Shown here piece after piece: positions 51,516 to 64,000 of a DNA stretch of 64,000 nucleotides. Under the pieces are notes generated by a model that worked only from the letters and a program-made list of their open reading frames with translations, had not been told where the DNA came from and did no database searches. The translations under genes were made by a program, and so were the position numbers. Origin of the DNA: Chiloscyllium plagiosum. Its lineage: Eukaryota. The stretch lies in NCBI RefSeq assembly GCF_004010195.1, contig NC_057719.1, positions 57,078,311 to 57,142,310 of the forward strand, written 5' to 3'. The first letter of the stretch is position 1, and each line of letters starts with the position of its first letter.

Positions 51516-51830
51516 GGGCGGCACAGTGACACAGTGGTTAGCACTGTTGCCTCACAGCGCCAGAGACCCGGGTTCAATGCCCGACTTAGGCAACTGTCTG
51601 TGTGGAGTTTGCACATTCTCCCCATGTCTGTGTGGGTTTCCTCTGGGTGTTCTGGTTTCCTCCCACAGTCCAAAAATGTGCAGGTTAGGTGAACTGGCAA
51701 TGCTAAATTGCCCATAGTGTTTGGTGAAGGGGTAAATGTAGAGGAATGGGTCTGGGTGGGTTGCTCTTTGGAGGGTCGGTGTGGACTTGTTGGGCTGAAG
51801 GGCCTGTTTCCACACTGTAAGTAATCTAAT
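51516..51830 (+). mobile_element. HE1-type V-SINE, full length
   Basis: A box (TGACACAGTGG), B box (GGGTTCAATGCC), V-domain and CR1-like tail. Confidence 0.93.
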
Positions 51831-53379
51831 AAAAAAAATAGATTTAAACATTTTATCTTCCAGCATATTCATGTGGAAGTTACAGAAGAACTCCGTGAAT
51901 AACTACAGACTGAATAGTGCCTTGAATAAAAGGTTCTAATGGGATAAAGGACTAACCTTTGCTGTACAGTCAGCCATATTTTCAGATTACTAAGAAACCT
52001 AAAGTTAAATTGAAATGAAATGTTCACATAGTTCTGTTTTTGATAAGTTCTAGAAGCCCTCAAAGGGCTTGTGCTCTGATGTACCATGATTACACAATAA
52101 TTTAGAGCTCAAAGTCAGTGTTTACAAACACTCCAAACAATATTCAATATAATTTATAGTGCTAGCACATGATAGTTCTTGCACTTCTGTTTCATTATCA
52201 TACCACTTTTAGATCAGTCCTGTTTGAAGAGATGATTTATTCAGAGTTAATTTCTCTCCAAAGCTCATTATTGGTGACAGCTGAGTAACCTCATACAAAT
52301 ACCACTTAGGCAAAGCAATATCAGTGCAAATCTCCATTTAAACTTTAAATATATGCAACATGCATGGCTTGTCATATTTTACTGATCTTACAAGTAATCC
52401 CTTGCTTTCAGGATATTCTCAAAAGCTCTGTAACATAAGTCAATGTGGACTCCAGCATAGGTGCCAAAGACTAATTATTCTGTCAAACATGCCTCTTACA
52501 TGGAATTTAAATATTTTAATCCATTAACTTATTTGTCACCATTATGTTCTCTTCTGTTCTTGAAATATTGTCCTTTAGTTCAGCCTGTTCATTTTTCCGA
52601 TCTAATTTTCACATTACTTGGGACATCTTGATTAAAAACAGATCAATTTGTTCAGAGCTCCTGTCCTGAATGTGCCTTCCTGAGACTGGTTTGCTGTGTA
52701 ACTCATAACATGTTGAGGATTAAGATTTTGGCATTACAGAAAGGAGCGTTGCATAATATTTCTTTGAGAAAGAATGCATGACAGTGTAATTTTGATAACG
52801 ACTCCGAACTTCCGGTCTCCAGATCATTGTGATTGGTATCCAGCAGAAGTGCACTAAACTTGGTCAGTCTTGGTGAGGATTGTGACACTCTTGGGAGAGC
52901 TTGGGACTTGTTAGATGGATGATGTCCCTCCTTCTTTATATTCCCTGCAACAGGAATTCCAGGTCACGGCAGGTGAATTATGGAGCTGACCAGTCCCAAT
53001 CTTCTTGGCTGCTGAATTGGTGCAACATTCTGATAACAGATTAGATGAAGTTGATTGGTCAGTAGTGTGTTTCTGAAGCATTGCTGCATTATTCGCTTGG
53101 CATCCTCCTTACATATAGAGAGGGCCTGGTAATTTCTGGTCCAGTTACCAGTAAAGGGCTTGCCACTTTTCGGCATAGTGGCCTCATTGTAGCTATGTGA
53201 GTGTAAGCGTGGCATAAGCTGATACTGCATGGCAATGTTCTAGGGAGGTTTGGCATGAAGTGAGACTCAGAATAACCAAGTGACGGCTGCATGGTGGGCC
53301 ATTGCTTGTTAATCATTAAGAATAGACTGCTGTGAGAGGCAGTGGAGTTGAATAGTGAGTGTGTGGAGCAGCTCGTATG

Positions 53380-54510
53380 CAAGACCATAAGATCATAAGA
53401 CAGGAGCAGAAGTAGGCCAGTCAGCCCTTTGGGTCTGCTCCACTATTCAATGATCATTGCTGATATAATAATCTTCAAATCAATTTTCTTGCCTTTTAGA
53501 CATAACCCTTGATTCCGCCCCGCTCCCCATAATTCACCCCCCATCCCGCACCCCACTCCCCCAACCAATTCAAATCTGTCTACCTCAGCGTCAAACGTAC
53601 TTAAGGATCCAGCCTTGGTAGTGCTCTGTGGTAAAGAATTCCACAGATTCCCATCTAATGTAAGGAAATATTTCTTCTCATCTCTGACTGAAGTGGATGA
53701 TCTTTTCCTCAAGAGATTATGCCCTCTTGTCCGAGATTCTTCTACAAGGGGGAAGCAACCTCTCAAGCCCCATAAGACCTTGTCTGTTTCAATGAGATCA
53801 TCTCTCATTCTTCTACAGGCTCAACCTACTCAACCTCATAATACAGTGTCTCCATATTTGGGATCAGGCTAAAGAACCTTCTTTGGACTGCCTACAATGC
53901 CAGTATATTTTCCTTAGATAAGGGGTCCAAAACTCTTCACAGTATTCCACCTGTGGTCTGACTAGTGTTTTCTAGAGTTTTAATGAAATCTCCCAACATT
54001 TATACTCCAGGCTAGCATTACATTTGCCTTCTCTGTTATCCACTGAACTTGGATGCTAGCTTTTTGTGATTTATGGAGGAGAACTCCCAAATCCTTCAGT
54101 TCTACAGTTATCTACAGTCTTTTTCTCATTAATATTCAGCTCCTTTATTTTTCCTACCAAAGTGCATAACCTCACATTTTCCCACATTATTTTCCATCTG
54201 TCAAGTTTCTGCCCACTCACTCAACATGTCTATATTTCATCGACTATTTTTGCTGTCCTCAACAGTTACACCCACACCTACATTTGTGTCTTCTGCAAAC
54301 TTGGAGAAAGTACATTCACTTTCCTCATCCAAATCATTAACATATTTCACAAATAATTGTAGCCCCAACACTGATTCCTGTGACACACATCTAGTTACAG
54401 CTTTTTGACTCCATTATCCCAAATCTCTGCCTTCTACTAGTTGGCTAATCCTATATCTATCCTTCAACATCATAGGCTCTTTTCTTAGTAAGTACCTAAA
54501 ATGTGGTAGA
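53380..54510 (-). mobile_element. Decayed CR1 3' part
   Basis: KFAEDTNVG, MRDDLIETDKVL, SRTRGHNL, NLWNSLPQ; CTTATG tail. Confidence 0.88.
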
Positions 54511-54744
54511 TTGCTGTGCACACTTCTAATATTGCATTGTGACCTGCTGCAGATTCAGAAGAGAATAGTGTAAGTTCCAATCTTAACTAATTTAGACCAT
54601 CCCCACTCTACTCATTGGTGTGAGGCAGCTGGATTTCAGTTTGACATTCTAGCAGGTATTCAACCTCCATAAATTCACCCCATGGAAAGGACTCAGTGGA
54701 TTTATATATAGTAGAACAGTATAAGATTATACAGAAATTGAGTG

Positions 54745-55100
54745 TTGCTGAAAAAAGATAGATTTTGTTGAAGCTTCTTGTCCTCATCAGGATAATTTGC
54801 AAGAAACATTTTGGAACGAGAAACTATTTATATGATGTGACCGGAAAGTGCTAATTTGTTGCTAGGTGGTCGATGGTTGGTCATTGCCATGGAGAATGAA
54901 CCAGTTACTACTAATGATGTCAGCTGGCAAATTTTGTTTAAATTCTAAATGAGGTAGGTTAATTCTGATTGGTAACAGCATTACCCAGTGAAATTAACCA
55001 GAGAATGGTTGTCATTTTATTGAGTTGAAACAAGTGCAGTATTTGTACGTTACCTGATGAGTGTTATATGAAAAGACTCAACAAAGTTTGTCTTTTCTAT
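54745..55100. mobile_element. Degenerate inverted-arm element with CTGATGAG cores (possible PLE family D)
   Basis: Left arm GAAAAAAGATAGATTTTGTTGAAGCTTCTTGTCCTCATCAGG; right arm CCTGATGAGTGTTATATGAAAAGACTCAACAAAGTTTGTCTTTTC. Confidence 0.5.
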
Positions 55101-55544
55101 AGAAATAGTATTCTAATCAAATACAAATAATATTATAATATATACAAAAGATAAAGAATCTTGGTATTTCTTGCAGAACTGCAATGTGTTTGTCTAATTG
55201 AATAATGAAATAAGTCTGATGAGGAAATTCTTTTAGATATTGTGGCTCATTTTCCGACAATACCAATCCGAGAACATATTAAATTAATCTTGTTTCTTGG
55301 CCTCTATATTTCTTAGAAATCTACTAAAGATATTGATCATGTGTTTGTATATACAAATCCTTCCTGACATTCAACTGTCTGTAGTGACACAGTAGGTGCT
55401 GATAGCCCCTGTAGAATATTCACCAATATTAGGCCAACCTTCATTCTCTCCATTCAGGAACAAGCCATTTAACAAGTGTCCATACCCTATTTCTACTCTT
55501 TGACGTCTGAATGCGTGATAGCTCATTACGTCAGTTAAACTTGT

Positions 55545-57200
55545 ATCAAACCCTGCCAACATCCTGGAGGTCCTTGTGGATAGGATGGTACTGGAGAGGG
55601 ACATCCTCTTCCTGGAGGAGACAGCACCACCAGTCCCTGCCAGGCTGTTCCAAGGTGACTGCCTGGGTCGCTGCCATCTCAAGGGAGTGAAGGAGCAGTG
55701 CTGTAGGGTGAAGTGCTGTAGAAAGCTCAATAACCTTTTCCATCAGGGTAAGCGTTCCACTATTCTCTCTGCTACCTTACACTCACTCCATCTCTGCCCT
55801 GCCCACCACTCTCACTATTGCTGCAATACCTTCATTCACCCATTCCCCTCTGCTCCTCGGCTTCCCACACGAACAACAGCCTTCTGTGTTGCCTCCTCAG
55901 TCCTCACCAACTCTCACCGCCTTTGCTCCACATGTACCAGCACTGACAGCCGAGACAGTCACTGTTATTTCCTCATTCACCCTCTTATTCTCATTGCAGA
56001 AGATGACAGCCCATAACAAGGCAGAGAGAGGCCAGGTGGATGGAAGTGTGCTGGTCATCAGGCTCCTCACCCACTATGAGAGAATTCTGGCCCTTGCACA
56101 AGGAGGCTGGCATCACTCCTGCAGGGATACCAAAATATCCAAACCCTGCCAGTTGAGTGAGTACTGCCACTCTCCCATTAATCTTGTTGTAATTGTCAGT
56201 CATTAGATGCCACTTCTAATACTGGCTGTGACTTTTTCATATTGCAGGTTCCACAGTGTTACCCTTGATTCCAGTATTGAAACAGCCACCTCCACTGGAA
56301 GACCATCCTCACTGTCTGAGGACAAGAGTACAGAGGCCTCAGAGGTAGAACATACAAGGCTACATCCTGTGCCCTCCCATCCCAGACACTGACACCTCAG
56401 TGAGAACCATACTGTTAGAGGGGACACCATCTGGTGAGCACACCCCTGCAACAGCACCATAGCTGTATAGAAGTATAAACAGCCCAGGTCTCTGCTGTAC
56501 AGAGGGCTGCTGGAGACCAGGACCCTGCTCGGCACCAGGAAAGGACCCTGTGGTGTCAGCAAACAGGGATGTCCTCCACATGCACAAGGAGGAACAGTGG
56601 AGGCAGACAAGCCTGTAGGACACAATGGGCCTCACTGCCCAGAAACTGCAATAGAGTACTAAGTCATGTGACCATCTCTTTGCTTCCATTGATAGGTTGG
56701 TGATTGTCATTGGGAACCAAGCCTAGAACCCTGAAACACTGCTGGACACACACACTCCACCACCCCAGCCACTGGGACCTAGGGCCAAGGGCACGTCAAC
56801 AGGGGAATTGAGAACTTTACAACAGTGCCCCTTCCTCATAAGGAAGCAGGTTTGTGTCAGGAAGCATCTAGCCAAAGATACAACTACAGGCTCCTTGGTG
56901 GTTTCCAATCAGGACACTGCAGAAATGGACAGGACCTCCATCTCCACCTTGCCCATTCTCTTCTAACCCTTCAACGTTCAAGCCAAGGAGGGTCAACGTT
57001 TTCTGGCAAGAAGGCATTTGGCATGTGTGACCCATCTGGACATAAGCACTCCTGGGAATCGCTTTGCCAAAGCTCCAGCAACAATAGACTCAACAGGCAA
57101 GCAGACTCTCTCCATCCCAGCTGTGGTAACAGGGAGTGCACAAAGATGGTCTCAGAGGGAGGGAGAGAAGAAAATGTATTGAGGGCACTTTGGTGTCATG
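55545..57200 (+). pseudogene. Harbinger Myb/SANT-like DNA-binding gene relic with introns
   Basis: LEVLVDRMVLERDILF...KCCRKLNNLF then GTAAG (~55748); TTGCAG acceptor (~55999) then KMTAHNKAERGQVDGSVLVIRLLTHYERILALA; GTGAGT (~56157); TTGCAG (~56247). Confidence 0.65.
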
Positions 57201-57399
57201 GATGAAGAAGGCCGTCTTGTTTTTCACATGTGCTACATAAATGCTGTTGACTATAATTTTCATGCACTGCTTCATACTCTCTGTGCAGATGCTCAATGCA
57301 TTGTCACACCATCCCACAGCAGTTCGGATTAAACCAGCTACAATCAGAGGAACAACGTGTACACATGGCTTTGTGTATTGCTGCTGGTACTTTTGGCCC

Positions 57400-58600
57400 T
57401 CCTGGAGAAACAGCACTAATGTTTGGATCCCTCTGTACACAAAGGTGTAGCTGCCAAAGAGTTGCCCAGCAGTGGCTGTGCCAAGAAGGTGTCTCCTTCA
57501 CTGAGGGCCAATGGTGCAGAATGGCCAGGATGTACCCATCCTACAGGGCTTTGTGCTAGACCTTTCAGGATCACATTCTTCCTCTTTAAAAGCCCTCTAA
57601 ACAGCATGTGCTGCATCGCTCTTCTGTCACAGGTCTGTCACAGGTCGAGTCACTTACCCCACCCACTCCGAGTGTGGTTGCAGCTATTTCCTTCTTGTTG
57701 TTCACTTTTGATTTCCAACATGATGGAAGGAGGCAGGGAGTAATCCTCTTCTAGTAGACTCCAGCCTCAGCCTGACTGTGCTGGTGAGCTCCAAATATGC
57801 ACAACCTCTCCTAACAGCTCATCCCTTCCTACTTCACACTTCCACAAGTTCCCACCCAATCCATATATGTATGCCAGTGCCTATCTATCCTCCCTGCCCA
57901 GACCCAGGCATTTGAGGTGAACATACCTGGTGTTATCATTCAAAATCTTGAAGCCAGGGTGCTACTGGCTATTGATATCTCTCCTCCATCAGTACACTCT
58001 TCCCAGATACAGCCTGACCCCTTCAGAAACCTGCTGATCCCTTTCACAACTGCACAACATTCTTCCCAACATGATAAAGTGCCAAAGCTGAGTACCATGG
58101 CTACAGCAATAACTTCATCCCCAAGCCCCTTCCTCTTAGTTTTTGAGAATGGACTGCGTGGACTAACAAGGGCTTACTCATTGACCGGCATGATTAGTCC
58201 TCCTGAGCAGACCCTGACTGCTGCCTGTACATCTCACCAACCGCAAAAGCCCTGTCACGGGACTGGCTTCTGTGATGCCAACAGACTGACTGTGACCCAC
58301 TCCCCGAATTATAGAGGCATGGACACGTTGAGAAAAATTCCCCAACTGGACTATGGCCAATCCCTGGACTAATATGGGAGGCTGCCATTGACTTACTGAG
58401 AGGTGCCTCCAAGAAGTTCATTGAAGCCTACCCCTCTAAGAGTCGGATACATAGTAGCCTGCCTACTGCATGTGCAGTGTTTTTTCCGTACCATAAAGTG
58501 TAGACCATCTACCTGGTCATGTGACTGCACTAATGAGCACAGTAAGGCTAGACAAGATAGAGATGTGGTGAACAAGCATGTAGACACTTAGTGAATGAAC
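57400..58600 (-). pseudogene. Harbinger transposase relic, convergent with the Myb gene
   Basis: Faint motifs YPTLRG/MNFLE, RGVGHS and QSP..LHHW in the expected order. Confidence 0.4.
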
Positions 58601-59008
58601 ATTAATAGACCAAGCAAGCATCCCTCCTGTTCACCGTGTCTTCGATAAGGTACTGAGTGTGTTTGTAAAGAAAACCCAGGCTACTGGCTTTTTGTCCATC
58701 GCTTGTTGAATATATTTAATAATTGCCCGCTTAAAAGCCCAAAGTTGGAGGCAAGTTGGGAAGTCAATACATGGGCTTTCTCACTTTGAACTTAATCAGG
58801 GAAAGGTGGGAAATTGCTACCCACCAATCTCTGCATTCTGTCCTCTGTCTCTTATATTTACTTTTATCTGTTTTTCTAGATTATTTCATATTCTTCCATT
58901 TCGATTCTAATCATTTGTTCTATTTGAAATTAGGCTCATGGATCTGTAGTTATAAATTTACTCCTGTATTCTTCTTGAATTTGATGAATATATTAATCCC
59001 TTTCTAGT

Positions 59009-59447
59009 CTATCACAACCTTGGATGTAGAATTGCTCGCTGAGCTGACATGACCCTCTCTCACTAGTATCCTCACATACAGATGAGGAAGGACACCACAT
59101 CCATCCTAGGACAAGCCAAACAAAGATACACACAAGAATTCCTAGAAGCATGGCATTCCAACCGAAACTCTATCAACAAACACATTGAGTTAGACCCCCT
59201 GAGAAAAGGAACAGGAAGTGACTTCACCACAGGAAATAACATCACCACAGAAAATGACATCACCAACCCAAACAAACCCAAACATATAAATAGAAAGTAG
59301 GAATTTTCAGCATTGCTTCACATGAGGTCCACTGAAGATGTTACCTAGTAAGGTAACGAAACGTCTGGAAATGAACCTTTCAGCTTAGCGAGCAAACCTA
59401 CACCCAAGCTGAGCTACAGATCTTCTCAAAACACGCTATCACAACCT
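59009..59447 (+). mobile_element. Penelope-like element 3' end (family C, Poseidon-like) with 12-bp TSD
   Basis: TTSILGQAKQRYTQEFLEAWHSNRNSINKHIELDP (GIY-YIG C-terminus); TSD CTATCACAACCT at 59009-59020 and 59436-59447. Confidence 0.88.
59328..59369 (+). ncRNA. Minimal hammerhead ribozyme motif (best preserved in the window)
   Basis: TCCA-CTGAAGA-T-GTTACC-TAGTAA-GGTAAC-GAAAC-GTC-TGGA: 4-bp stem I, 6-bp stem II, intact core, palindromic ACGT stem III. Confidence 0.85.
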
Positions 59448-62400
59448 CTTGACTGTTCAATGGATCCTTTGAAATGACTAGCCATACTCGCTCTATATCT
59501 TGTCTCATGCTTCTATAAGATACCTGGGTTGTAAGTTATTCTGTTTCACATGTAAGGTTCCAGAGCACAGATAATGTGTATTTGAAGCTAAATCCCATCC
59601 TGTTGTATTCCATCTTGGTAATAATATTCAAACAATAGTTGGGTAGACATTGAGAAAATTGCTCAACCAGAAATTATACATTCCAGGCTCTCTCTGCTTG
59701 ATGCAAGTATCCATTACTAAAGCAAAATTACAATTTTAACTGAGCAGAAATGCTGTGACTATTTGTAAATTGGCTAAAAGATATAAATAAAGAGAAATCT
59801 GGTCAATAAAATGGTTTATTTTAAATCATCTCAGTGGATCTCATTTTTCATTTAAATGCATGTGACTTAGTTTGAAGATTTTCCAAGTGTATTCTTTGAT
59901 ATTTCCTCCCCTTCATGATAAGGGGTCCCTTAATGCAAAATTATCGAACTTCTCACATACCAATCCCTGATCACAGCTGTCCTGTAAGAAACAAGGATTA
60001 AGACAATTTGAGTGCCTCTGTCCACTGATAAAGGGCCAATTCAAACAGAAGAATATGTATAACCTGTCATTTGTCTCATAAGAGACACAGTAAACCATCT
60101 GTTTCTCCTAGTGATCAGCAAACATACCACAGCACTAATTACAAGCAGAAAAGGGGCAAGCCAGAGCTATGGTAAATACTCTTCCAAGGAAGGCATTTAT
60201 ATTAATAGTAATGACCTTCCCCTGGGCCACAATGTAAACAAGACATGTAATTCCATTGTGATTTTCTGGTGAAATATCTTTATATAAAGTAATCATACGT
60301 TTACAATGTAAAGGTTGCCATTTGCAAAATATGCTTTTGTAGATAATAGTGATATTTGCCTTTGCTGCATAATCTATATAGACATACTGAAATACAAGGC
60401 AGAGTCCTGTCCCCATCCCAGTGTAATTTTGTGTGTAGTTGGCAGCCAGGGAGCTATTTAATCAGATGGGAAGTTGATAGGCTGAGACTCTGCCACCTTC
60501 TTGTCTCCACTTGACTATGTCTCTGGTGGGATAGTCAGTCGATGACCTTCCTGTCCCACCACTTTTTGAGATGCTTAAATACCACATAAGGGTCACATCT
60601 TGTTGCTGTTGTTAATAACTCAGCATTGGGTGGGGGGGAGGGGGGGGGGTCATCATGTAGGGACCACAATGCAGCCTTCTGGGGCACGAGAGACAGCACA
60701 TCATTCAAAAGCAATCAGCCCTTGCTACTGATCTCCCTTCCCCATGACCCTAACCCTGGGAGTGCTCTCTTACTGTCACTCACCTTTGGTTGGGATCCAA
60801 TGATGATCCTCTTCTTTGGGTGGGGTTTCAGCCAACTGCAGTCAATACCACCCAAGTGGTGCTGCCATTCATTAAAACCTCTTGCCTCTGATAGACCGGC
60901 AGCTCTAGGCACATCGGGTCAGCCCACTGTTGGCCTGTCAAGTACCTGAGCAGTAGATGATGTGGCAGGTCCTTCCACAAATAGTCAATATGGGGCTCCC
61001 GCCAATTCCCCAACTGCCAATTGACACCCAGTCGTCTCTGGAGGTTTTTGATCAGAGTCACCCCTACAATTACTAATGGAAGGTAAACTCATGCTATAAT
61101 TAGCATTGCTTAAAGGTGATTTTGTATCCTTTTAAAGATTTATCAGCAATAATGCTTTTCTCATATACTTCTCAATGTCAGCTCTGCTAATGAATTTGTT
61201 TTGCCAAATAAATCAGTAGCTGTAAGACTTAGCTCATATTTTAACAAACAAGAATTGGAAGCCTGCAGAACATTCATGATGATGAATAAAAATCTCCAAG
61301 GTTTCTTTCCCCTAATCTATATGTCAACATCATGTCAGTTTCATTAATACAAAATCGATCAGTGTCCATTGTGGCTCTCCATATTTTGAATCAAGGCTAT
61401 CATTGAAATCATTGAAGTACTAACAAATTTAAAAATAAACAGCACCAAGTTGATAGAATTGTTTTCAAAAACTCAACATGAGAAAGAAGAAATATTATTT
61501 TCCAAACATCCCAGCTCTGCTTTAACAAAAACATGGAAATGTAAACTGCAAAATATAGCTGGTAATGTAGGCTTTAACTCACAATAGATAACAAATCTCC
61601 TTTAAGACAAACACCAACATAAAGCTTGAAAGGTCAGTGTTAATGCATTTTACTGTAATCTGGGGTTATTTGTATAAAGATTTTAGCTCAGTTCAAGGAA
61701 AGTGTCAGAATAAAGGCAGATGATTTAATTTTGATTATTTTAAAGGATTACAGTTTACAGTGAGATCTCTGTAGATACCAGGCAGAGCCTATCATGGTTA
61801 TCTCACATGGGATTGAACATAATTGAGTCATGTTCAGTGTTAAGCTATTACTAATGCTGATTTGCAATGCTAATATAGCAGAGACAGCTGTCACTGGGAA
61901 TTAAATATGATCATTCAAAGCCTGGAATAAATGAGGTTGCTATTATCTTCTGGCCTCGCAGCAGTCTGCTTGAGAACATGAATAAATGATACAGTCTCAA
62001 TGACTGCTGTACAGTATTGTAACTGTGGCTTAGAAATCAAAAATAAAAGAACTGTTCTTGAGCAAAAGGTAGCCACATAGAGACAGGAACAGAATCAGCA
62101 GCACTGTTAAACCCCATTGACCGCATACTGCATGATAAACAACATAGAAGATCACACTACAGCAGCTGCTCTGTGCCTAGCGCATACATGTAATCCTAGG
62201 CAGTTTGCCAATTTAACAAAATAGGTTGTTATAACATTAACAATGACTAAAGAAATAATCTTTCTTTGGGAATGCTGTAAACTAGACTCTGTTTGCATTG
62301 AGTAGCACTAATAAGACATATGTTGCCAAAGAAATTAAATCCTGTCGATACAATTGAGGGGATTTGACTACCTTGGTTCCCTTTAATTTAAAATTTGTTT

Positions 62401-62769
62401 TGAATAGTAAGGAAGTCTCCACACACTTAGATTATTAAAAGATTTTTCTTAGTTGTTTGGTTTTAGTCAGTAAAAGGATTGTACACAAGAGAAGTGCATA
62501 TGACAAAATGCTGTGAGTCTTAATTATTTATCTTTTCAATGAGACATTAAACTGTCTCACTTTTCTTTCTGGTAATGATATAGAAAGTAGAATGTTTGCC
62601 CAGTGACCCAGTTAACATTCCTTCCTGAACCAACACACCCCCCAAAAAAACTGAACAACCGGTCAACATCTCATTATTGTTTATTGGACCTTGCTGACAG
62701 ATTATTAAGTTTGCCAGCAGAAACAATTTTTTGCCTTGCGTGCTAATAATTTTGACCACTTGCATAACT

Positions 62770-62905
62770 GTTTTCTGAGGAAGAGTCAGTCAACCTGAAA
62801 CGTTAACTCTGATTTCTCTCTACAGATGCTGCCAGACCTGCTGAGCTTTTCCAGCAAATTATATTTTTGTCTCCGATTTACAGCATCTGCAGTTCTTCTG
62901 GTTTT
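62770..62905 (+). mobile_element. Family A-like PLE terminus with degenerate hammerhead
   Basis: CTGAGGAAGAGTCAGTCAACCTGAAACGTTAAC followed by GATGCTGCCAGACCTGCTGAG; related copies at ~47020 and ~48397. Confidence 0.65.
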
Positions 62906-64000
62906 TAGTTTATTCCCCTTCATCAGTCACCCTCTCCCTTCTGCAAATGTGTGAAAATGCTTGAAGAAGGAAGATTGAGAAGCAGCATTCTGATCAGCTA
63001 TAGGATCATCTCAGCAAACTCAGTTGACAGGGACCACTGAACTGTCTTTCTCTCTGCCCATAACATCCATTTTTTTGTATCTGTCTGTATGTATGCAAAA
63101 CAGGGAATTTCAAAATGGGCTAGAGTATTAACGAGTAGAGTTATATGTTGACGGTTCAGGATTGTTTCTCTGTAGCTAGAATCTTTTTATTTCTAGTAAA
63201 GAGCGATTCTTGATAAGTACAGAAACCTGGTTAGCATTCATTCTGGATCTTTGGAGTTGACAAACATTGGCCAAATCCTGGATTTGTTGAGTCTCAGTCT
63301 TGTGCCCAAGTTTCCAGAATGGCTTTATACAGATGCATTCTTTACACTTCCTAAACAAAACTATCAGCTTAAAGTGAATGAGAGGCAAGACAGAGTGAAA
63401 GGAAGGATGTGCATAAATAGATTGATTTTCTGAATGTTTCACCGTATAGCAGCAGCTCATAACTACTGCACACTGTAGGTCAGACATTTGTGCATGATTG
63501 CATTTCAATCCAAACACTGAATGTGCCCTGCAGGCTTCCTACAAAATCATTATCAGGCCTCCTCCCTTGGTTGCCCTTTTCAAAGCCATAAACAACAATA
63601 GCCAGCTTTCAATTTATCAGAACATTCTCTCTGCTCGTCTATACTTCAAAATAACATTCACTGATTTCTATTCTCTTAAATTTTCTTGTATCATTCATTT
63701 ATTCATTCTCTGGCCTTGCAACCTATTTTACAGCAATTGTCTTAAATATACAGAACAATTGTAGGCCGTTCAGCCTATCAAGACTATTCTGTTGGTCAAT
63801 TATGGATCATGGATGATATGCACCTTGCTTTAGCAGTCTTGTTTGTTGACAATTCTAGAATGTATCCACATTGCCATTTGCAGTTGCTGTGAGTGTGTAG
63901 CTAGCCAACGACCTGAGGACAAAACTTATGGTAATTCATCATAATCCATAGGGATGCTTACAAATCTCACAAACTAATGAGGAGTAAATGACCAGTGTAT

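Noticed and set aside
51516..51590. tRNA gene
   Set aside because: It is the tRNA-derived head of a SINE and continues into the V-domain.

Overview
Repeat-dense, AT-rich vertebrate genomic DNA, most likely from a shark (inferred from HE1-type V-SINEs, CR1/HER1-type LINEs and Penelope-type termini). I could not identify any intact host protein-coding gene; the window looks intronic or intergenic and has two N gaps (25644-26308, 36645-37248). Main contents: (1) a full-length but decayed Gmr1-type Gypsy LTR retrotransposon on the minus strand (7218-13546) with gag-PR-IN-RT-RH order, a tRNA-Pro-like PBS and a PPT; (2) many CR1 LINE pieces, including a young 5'-truncated copy with a 649-codon ORF and an internally scrambled copy; (3) at least three, possibly four, families of Penelope-like (PLE) insertions whose termini carry minimal hammerhead ribozyme motifs, often as inverted arms inside 9-16 bp target-site duplications (TSDs). 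One of these has a perfect 13x17-bp expansion beside the ribozyme and an embedded CR1 fragment; (4) a decayed viral env/fusion-glycoprotein-like reading frame on the minus strand (~20175-22040), split by a PLE and seen only as short fragments in the ORF track; (5) Harbinger transposon relics, SINEs, an L2 relic and a TA-flanked MITE; (6) weak minus-strand exon candidates. Boundaries of old elements are approximate. All family assignments come from motif recognition by eye, not from database searches.
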